Of a stretch of DNA of 64,000 nucleotides, positions 55,794-64,000 are shown piece by piece. Below the pieces are notes generated by a model. The model saw nothing but the letters and a program-made list of their open reading frames with translations. It was not told the origin of the DNA and ran no database searches. Location of the stretch: NCBI GenBank assembly GCA_964016885.1, contig OZ024748.1, forward strand, positions 18,910,001 to 18,974,000. The letters are read 5' to 3'. Within the stretch, counting starts at the first letter, position 1. Every line of letters starts with the position of its first letter. The stretch is from Eledone cirrhosa (taxonomy: Eukaryota). Made by a program: the position numbers and the translations under genes.

Positions 55794-56439
55794 ATGTATG
55801 TATGTATGTGTGTATGTATGTATGTATGACTGTATGTGTGTATTTATGTATGTATGTTTGTATGTATGTATGTATGTATGCGAATGAGATGAAATAGAAA
55901 CACACACACATACATACATGTGTGTATACGGTTGTCTGTGTGTGTGCGTTTGTGTATGTGTGTGTGTGCGACCGTTTTTGTGTGCATGTGTGTGTGTGTG
56001 TATGCGTTATGTGTGCGTTTGTGTGAATGTGTGCATGTGCGTTTGTGTGTCCACGTGTGTGCACGTATCTCTGTATATATATGTATGTGTTATGTGTATG
56101 TGTGTCTGCGTCTAGGAACAGTGCGACTGAGAATCCGAAAGAAACAAATAAAGGTATGATATAGAATATTCCCAGACCTCTCTCCTGTCCCCTCCCCATA
56201 CACATGTACCTATACATACCGGCAGACGGTACTTATTACATCATAATAATGTCACGACTGTGTTGGAGTAAATTCAATATATTTTTTATATGTAGCATTA
56301 GAACAATGGCTATTGTTTCGAACTAAATCTAAAGAAGACATGAGGAAATACGAAAAATCTTCAATAAAAAAGATCAACCTCGAACTCAGTCGTATATTTA
56401 TTATAACATATGATGTTTTCTATTCATGATTTCCTACTC

Positions 56440-56536
<97 letters not shown>

Positions 56537-56722
56537 AAACAAACGAATTGTGGTAAGGAACCAGATGGACCATAACGCACCAGAGTACTCGATACTTAGG
56601 GTAGTAGAGTGGGTAATAGGAAAAGAGTCAGGACCCCGACGGCTGAGCTCCGGCCGTTTCGACAGTTTGGATCTAGCTGTCGAAACCGACTGGAACTCAG
56701 CCGTCGGGGTCCTGAATCTTAT

Positions 56723-56873
<151 letters not shown>

Positions 56874-57240
56874 TAAAATAACAGATTAAAGTTTAAGCAA
56901 AGAATCGCTGCTTTCACCCTTAACGTTAAGGGTGAAAGCAGCGATTCTTTGCTTAAACTTTAATCTGTTATTTTAATAAATATTTGCTCTACGGTTCTTA
57001 TATATTTGATATATATTTATCCTTATTGAGCCCTCTTTGGATTTTAGTCTTCAAATTTATTATTATTACTATATATATATATATTATTACTTGCCTTTCA
57101 TCCTTACGGGGTCGATAAAATAAAGTACCAGTAATGCACTGAGTAATTGGTGGCTTTGTGCCTAAGTAGAAACAATTATTACTATATATATATAATTAGT
57201 ATATATATATATTATTACTATATATATATATATATGTTAT

Positions 57241-57340
<100 letters not shown>

Positions 57341-57380
57341 TATATATATATACAGAGAGAGAGAGAGAGAGAGAGAGAGT

Positions 57381-57455
<75 letters not shown>

Positions 57456-57556
57456 TAGAGAGAGGTATGTATATAAATCTTTGCATGTATACCTACACTT
57501 ATATATGTATATTTATACACACACGCATCCATTCATCGTCACAGACGATATATATA

Positions 57557-58655
57557 CGCCATATTCTTCCGTGTATATCGCGCAGTTATTTTCACATTTT
57601 CCTTGATTTTTTTTTGGCGGTGCGCGGTATACACCATAAACACTTAAAGCTTGTTTTTCAGACCTGTTTCTGCGAAAACTGCCAGCAGAAGACAGCAAAC
57701 TGTATCAAGAATCAACCAACACTGAGTACCTTTTGACTTCAATCGTACCTTTTCTTATACAATGTTACGTACCGTATTTCCCGGCGTCGAAGACGCTACT
57801 TTTTTCCTAAAATAAGTCTAAAAAAAAATCTACCATGCGCCCTGGAGGCCGAAGGTTGTTTATTATTTTCATCTTTACGGCGTCGATAAAATAAAGCACC
57901 TATAATTCACTGATATAATTACTGGCCTTGTGCCAAATATAGAAACAATTATTTAAAAAAAAATTTTTGGTTGTCAAAATTAGGGTGTGTCCTCGAGGAC
58001 GAAGCGTATTCAGCGCCGGGAAATACGATATGTTTTGATTTCAATAGTATCTTTTCTTGTACAATATTATGTAATAAAATGTTTGAATAAAGTTTTACTG
58101 ATACTCTATATATGTTGTTTTATGTATTTCTGAAATTTCTGTGTATTCCACAGTTGCTATAAAGTCATGTGTATGCTTATTGTATGGTTTATGTCTTCCA
58201 TTGATCAATATTCCAGCATCACTTGTGTATCTTGGTGTGTAATGAAATGTTGAATTTTTATGAGAATACTAAAAACATGTCTGCAGCCCTGACCTAATAA
58301 TTATCTGTACGGTAACTGATTAAATAAATAAATAAAATAGACAGACTGAGGTGTTTTATTGGTCAGTTGATAATATAATAACAAACAAAATAATAATACC
58401 ATATATAAGTACAAGATCAATTATAATTCCTATATTATGAAGTACTACATTAATTACAGTTCGTATATTATCAAATACAGTTCCTATACTATCAAGTACA
58501 ACATCAATTACAGTTCCTATATCATTCAGTACTACATCAAATACAGTTCCTATTTTTCAAGCATAAAATCAAAAGTAGGCTTTTCCAGACATTTTTCTGA
58601 TCAAAAAGAGGAAGCGCGTTATACATAAATGTGCGCAATACACCGAAGAATACGG
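57557..58655. mobile_element. Tc1/pogo-like non-autonomous element with nested MITE
   Basis: CCATATTCTTCCGTGTATATCGCGCA ... TGCGCAATACACCGAAGAATACGG|TA imperfect TIRs. Confidence 0.65.
57772..58028. mobile_element. Nested Tc1/pogo-like MITE containing a SINE fragment
   Basis: TA|CCGTATTTCCCGGCG ... CGCCGGGAAATACGA|TA; SINE piece at ~57865-57950. Confidence 0.75.
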
Positions 58656-58728
58656 TATTATACACAAATCTCAAAAAGTGTAGTTGACTATTCATATATA
58701 ATTTGCGTATATTTTTGTATATTTATAC

Positions 58729-59314
58729 ATGGTGGCTGCCAACTCGTTTTCTAGTACGGCGGCTACTATATATCCATGTAGGAGAACCGCGACTGATGCG
58801 CTGAACGAGTGTGACTTTTTAGTCCAGCCAGCGACTTGAAAACTCTGGTACTAACACTACACTTGTGACAATTATTGACACATAGTGCTAGGCCCATGGT
58901 ACCATGTGACGACAAGTGCAGAGAGATCTCCAGATATAAAGCAATGCCTGTGCCGTGAAGCTTTTATAGTGAGCAAAGGCATTGCACAGAGCCAGTCCCA
59001 CTCTCTTAACCAAGATGATATTTACCAAAAAGAAGAACAAGTCAACATCATTGGATACCAGGTGTTATATCAGAGTTTTCCTTCTCCTAGAATTCTGCCT
59101 TGACAAAGGCTAAGGGGTCATCTCTCCCGGTGATTTTGGATGGCCATTGACTCTTAAGAGCTCCTTTGCCCTTTGACAGGTTTTGTTTTTAGTCCTACAG
59201 GATGTCCAAAGTCACCCTCCTCACCAAGAAACCTTGGTGGGGTTGCCAGTTTAGTCGCCAACGACCCGACCATGAGACAGGTTGTACTGGGATACATGTT
59301 ACCAGTAGCACCAA
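58729..59314 (-). mobile_element. Longest copy of the LINE 5'-UTR-like repeat
   Basis: Homologous to 54986-55340; right end abuts (CATA)n; structured 5' end. Confidence 0.6.
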
Positions 59315-59646
59315 TACACACATACATACATACTTACATATATATATATACATACATACAAACATATATATATATATATATATACATACATACAAACATA
59401 TATATATATACATACATACAAATATATATATATATATATATACATACATACAAACATATATATATATATATATACATACATACAAACATATATATATATA
59501 TATATCTTACTATCGCATCTTCATCACTAGTCACCCCCACCCACCACAGACATGATTTTGTTTTATATATTATTTTCCTATGTTATACTATATTTTGCTT
59601 GTCTCGCCTTGTCTCTTGTTGTTATTGTTGTTGTTGTTGTTGTTTC

Positions 59647-59744
<98 letters not shown>

Positions 59745-60036
59745 AAGAGATAATCTTAAATAACCCGACTATTACTCATTCATAACACAGCCAGCACCTC
59801 CTACTTCTACACCATCTCTGTCTACATCTCTATCCTTCTCCTCTGCCTCTCACTCTCATTCAAAATAGTTTTAATGAAAACCATACGAATCACACACAGA
59901 TGGATGGTCGTCTGCTTTTTATATTGAAGCTTCTAAAAGACAGACGACAAGGACTACTTGAGAGTCACTTAGTGAAGAATATATACTAACACACACACAT
60001 ACACACACACTTTCACACATTTTCACACACTTTCCC

Positions 60037-60105
<69 letters not shown>

Positions 60106-60289
60106 GGGTGGAGAGTGAAAGAAAGAGAGAGCGAGAAAGTGAGACAGACACAGTAAGGGAGAGAGAAAGAGAGTATATGGTTGTGGGGTTAAGAAGTTTG
60201 ATTCCCAAACACATAGCTTTGTGTTCAATCCCGCTGCGCAGAAATGTTGAACAGCGCTATATACATGCATACACATCTATATAAATACG

Positions 60290-60371
<82 letters not shown>

Positions 60372-60372
<1 letters not shown>

Positions 60373-60618
60373 CTAGGGCGGGTAAAATTCCCGAGCTCCA
60401 TGGACGAGTTCTCTCCAGCGGTCTCTGTCCCTCATTATCGCTGCCATGTCCTGTGTCTCCAACAGACCAGTGTCTGTTCTTAGGGCATCAACATACGTTA
60501 ACCTTGGTCTTCCTCTTCCAGTGTGTCCATGTAGGGGCTCCCACAGGAGCACTGAGTGCAATGTCAACTCTGGATATCGGTGAGCATGTCCAGCTAAGCT
60601 CAGTCTCCTCTGTGTCAC
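60372..60618 (-). mobile_element. RTE 3'-end fragment
   Basis: QRRLSLAGHAHR...GRGRPRLTY...REFYPP*; (TA)n tail. Confidence 0.88.
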
Positions 60619-60679
60619 TAATAAGATACAAACACCACGGCATGGCGGAAACTGAACTTAAAAGATGATGAGTTTCAAC

Positions 60680-60721
<42 letters not shown>

Positions 60722-60748
60722 GTAGTTACACAACAGTTAGTTCACCAT

Positions 60749-60790
60749 ACCGAGAACAATTGTTTCACCTTCGCGGATCTTCAGCTCGGC
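60749..60790 (-). ncRNA. Type I minimal hammerhead ribozyme (family F)
   Basis: GCCGAG-CTGAAGA-T CC GCGAA GG T-GAAA-CAATTG-TT-CTCGGT; palindromic stem III ACAATTGT. Confidence 0.78.
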
Positions 60791-61282
60791 ATGATATATA
60801 TATATATATATATATTATTCTGAGTTAAGGCTCTATTGATTTTTCCCTGGATTTCACCAAATTCTGTGGATGAATCTATATCCTGATTCTTTTTGAATTG
60901 TGTTTGAATTATTTTCCCACATCTTACGTTAACTATTTTTCCATTTTGACGCTATAGTCACTTATATATTATGGAATACTGTTGGCTTCTTGCTACAATA
61001 ATTTCTATACTTTTCATTTATATATATATTTATATATATATAGGGAAGACGATCGACTTTCGTCAAATCGGACCGAGGGAACAATGTTTCCGTTGGTCTT
61101 TCCAATTGCTAATACTATCTATCGGTCGCAACTCCAGGTAGAAGGAGCAACGTGAAAAATAAAGTGTCTTGCCCAAGGACATAACGCATCGCCTGGTCCA
61201 GGAATCGAACTCACATCCTTACGATTGCGAATCCAATTCTCTAACCACGCCTATATATATATATATACTTGTGGAGGGTCAT

Positions 61283-61672
61283 ATTGTTGTAATAATATTG
61301 CCAGAAATAATAACAGAACACACTCACTGTTTGGTTGGTTTTCGCTTCTGTATCTTTTATATCTCCACAGTTAATTAATTTGGTCCAATATTTATCATTG
61401 ACTGACCAACGGTCAAAAATACAGATATAAATATATATATATAGTCTAACAAAGTTGTTTCGTTGCACATCTGTAACATCATCAGTGGTACGATTATGTT
61501 CCTCCTGTGGTATCGTATAATAGTACCACTGATGATGTTGCAAACCGATGGTCAGTCAATGATAAACATTGAGGACCAAATGAATTAACTGTGGAGATAT
61601 AAAAGATACAGAAGCGAAAACCAACCAAACAGTGAGTGTGTTCTGTTATTATTTCTGGCAATATTATTACAA
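61283..61672. mobile_element. Penelope-like inverted repeat (arms ~61283-61412 / 61545-61672) enclosing a partial hammerhead
   Basis: Minus 61450-61485: CTGATGA-T GTTACA..TGCAAC-GAAA-CAACTTTG-TT; stem I not paired. Confidence 0.55.
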
Positions 61673-62359
61673 CAATAAGTATAACAATATTGGTTTCGAC
61701 ACACAATTTCATATCAAAAACTTGGCAAAACAAATTCATCGCCGTTTTATATATATATATATATGTTAGGAAGGGCATCCAACTGTAGAAAACCTGCCAG
61801 ACAGTCCTATGCGAGCAAGACAATCACTCTTGCCTCAAGTGGGACTACCCCCGTCCAAACCCATGCAAGCGTGGAACACGGACGTTAAACGTTGATGATG
61901 ATGATGATGATGATGATATATGTATATATATATAGGAACCAGTAAGACCCCGACGGCTGAGCTCAAGCCGTTTCGACGGCTATATTTGATGTTATGGACC
62001 ACCTGGTTCCTTACCACATTTCCTTCGTTATCTGTATATGTATATATATATATATATATATATCCTTTGTCTCTTTCTAATAAATCTGTATCTATCTCTA
62101 TATAATACAAATATGTAATGAACAGGCTATCTATGAGATAGCAAGTTCGCGCTAGTATACTTACATATATATGCATATATGTACATACATATATATATAT
62201 GTATATATGTATATATATATATGTATATATGTATACAAACAAATAATACACCCACGTTAATAATATATTTACGTATATACATATACATACAATTACATAG
62301 AGAGACACATGTTTTCTACACAGACAGACACACAGACACACATAGACACACACACACAC

Positions 62360-62560
<201 letters not shown>

Positions 62561-62719
62561 GACACAGACAGACACATGTTTTTCGACATGTATTTGTCTT
62601 TAACATGTATTTAGAAGTTAAACATATTGCAACTGCAACACCTTAAAATGTTATGCACTTTATGTGGTGCATATAATGATACTTGCATCCAGATGTTTTA
62701 ATTTACGCCTTGAGACCGA

Positions 62720-62779
<60 letters not shown>

Positions 62780-62987
62780 TATATATATATATAAATACAT
62801 ATATATATTTATATACATATATATATATTTCCATACATATACATGTACATGCATATATATATATATACATACATACATACATACATATACATATATATAT
62901 ACACACATATATATATATACATACATACATATACAAACATATACATACATTGGTGCATGTATATATATGTATATACATATATATATA

Positions 62988-63035
<48 letters not shown>

Positions 63036-63082
63036 CATAGATTGATACATATATATCTATGTATATATCTATCTATATATAA

Positions 63083-63133
<51 letters not shown>

Positions 63134-63379
63134 GACACAGACACACACCACACACACACATATATATATATATAAAATATATATAAACGTTGTGTGAATG
63201 AAGGACAAATCTTTTCTGTGATTAGCACCATATTAGATATTTTGTTGCTTCTCCAAGACAGAGTAAAAGACGTCAGGTCTGTTGTTATTGGTGGATATTA
63301 GTGTCATCAGCTTCTGGGCAGAAGGCTCATGTGTCGCCTCTCACTGGCCAATTACTGCACAACTATTGCACTAAGACAT

Positions 63380-64000
63380 AGACACATACATACATACACA
63401 CATACATACATACACACACACATACATACATACATATATACACATACGTCCTCAGAGACACACACATACATACATACATACATACAGATACGTCCTCAGA
63501 CATACACACATACATACATACACACATACATACATACACATACACATACGTCCTCAGACATACACATATACATACACATACATACAGATACGTCCTCAGA
63601 CATACACACATACATACATACATACATACATACATACACATACGTCCTCAGACATACGCACATACATACATACATACACACAGATACGTCCTCAGACATA
63701 CACACATACATACATACACACATACATACATACATACATACATACATACATACACATATGTCCTCAGACATACACACATACATACATACATATACATACA
63801 CATACGTCCTCAGACATACACATATACATACATATGCATACACATACGTCCTCAGACATACACACATACACACATACATACATACAGATACGTCCTCAGA
63901 CATACACACATACATACATACACACATACATACATACATACATACACATATGTCCTCAGACATACACACATACATACATACATATACATACACATACGTC
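63380..64000. repeat. Minisatellite of TACGTCCTCAGA anchors separated by (CATA/CA)n
   Basis: ~40-60 bp variable units. Confidence 0.92.

Overview
Eukaryotic (metazoan) genomic DNA, very AT-rich and saturated with microsatellites. The tRNA-derived SINE family and the repeat landscape point to an octopus/coleoid cephalopod (inference). Almost all ORFs in the supplied track are microsatellite artefacts. Read by eye, the window holds: (1) a four-exon plus-strand CFAP90/C5orf49-like ciliary gene (8520-14921, about 168 aa); (2) a convergent minus-strand gene of unknown identity, with a 132-nt exon and two alternative phase-0 downstream exons; (3) decayed R4/Dong-like and RTE LINEs, many SINEs, a complete non-autonomous Helitron nested in a mariner remnant, and piggyBac-, mariner- and Tc1/pogo-like MITEs; (4) several minisatellites and a 200-N gap. 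The most striking hidden signal is at least 7 sequence families of type-I minimal hammerhead ribozymes. They sit in short Penelope-like terminal repeats embedded in (TA)n tracts. Many form fold-back palindromes, and the axis often falls in the ribozyme's stem II. All calls were made by manual reading, with no database searches.
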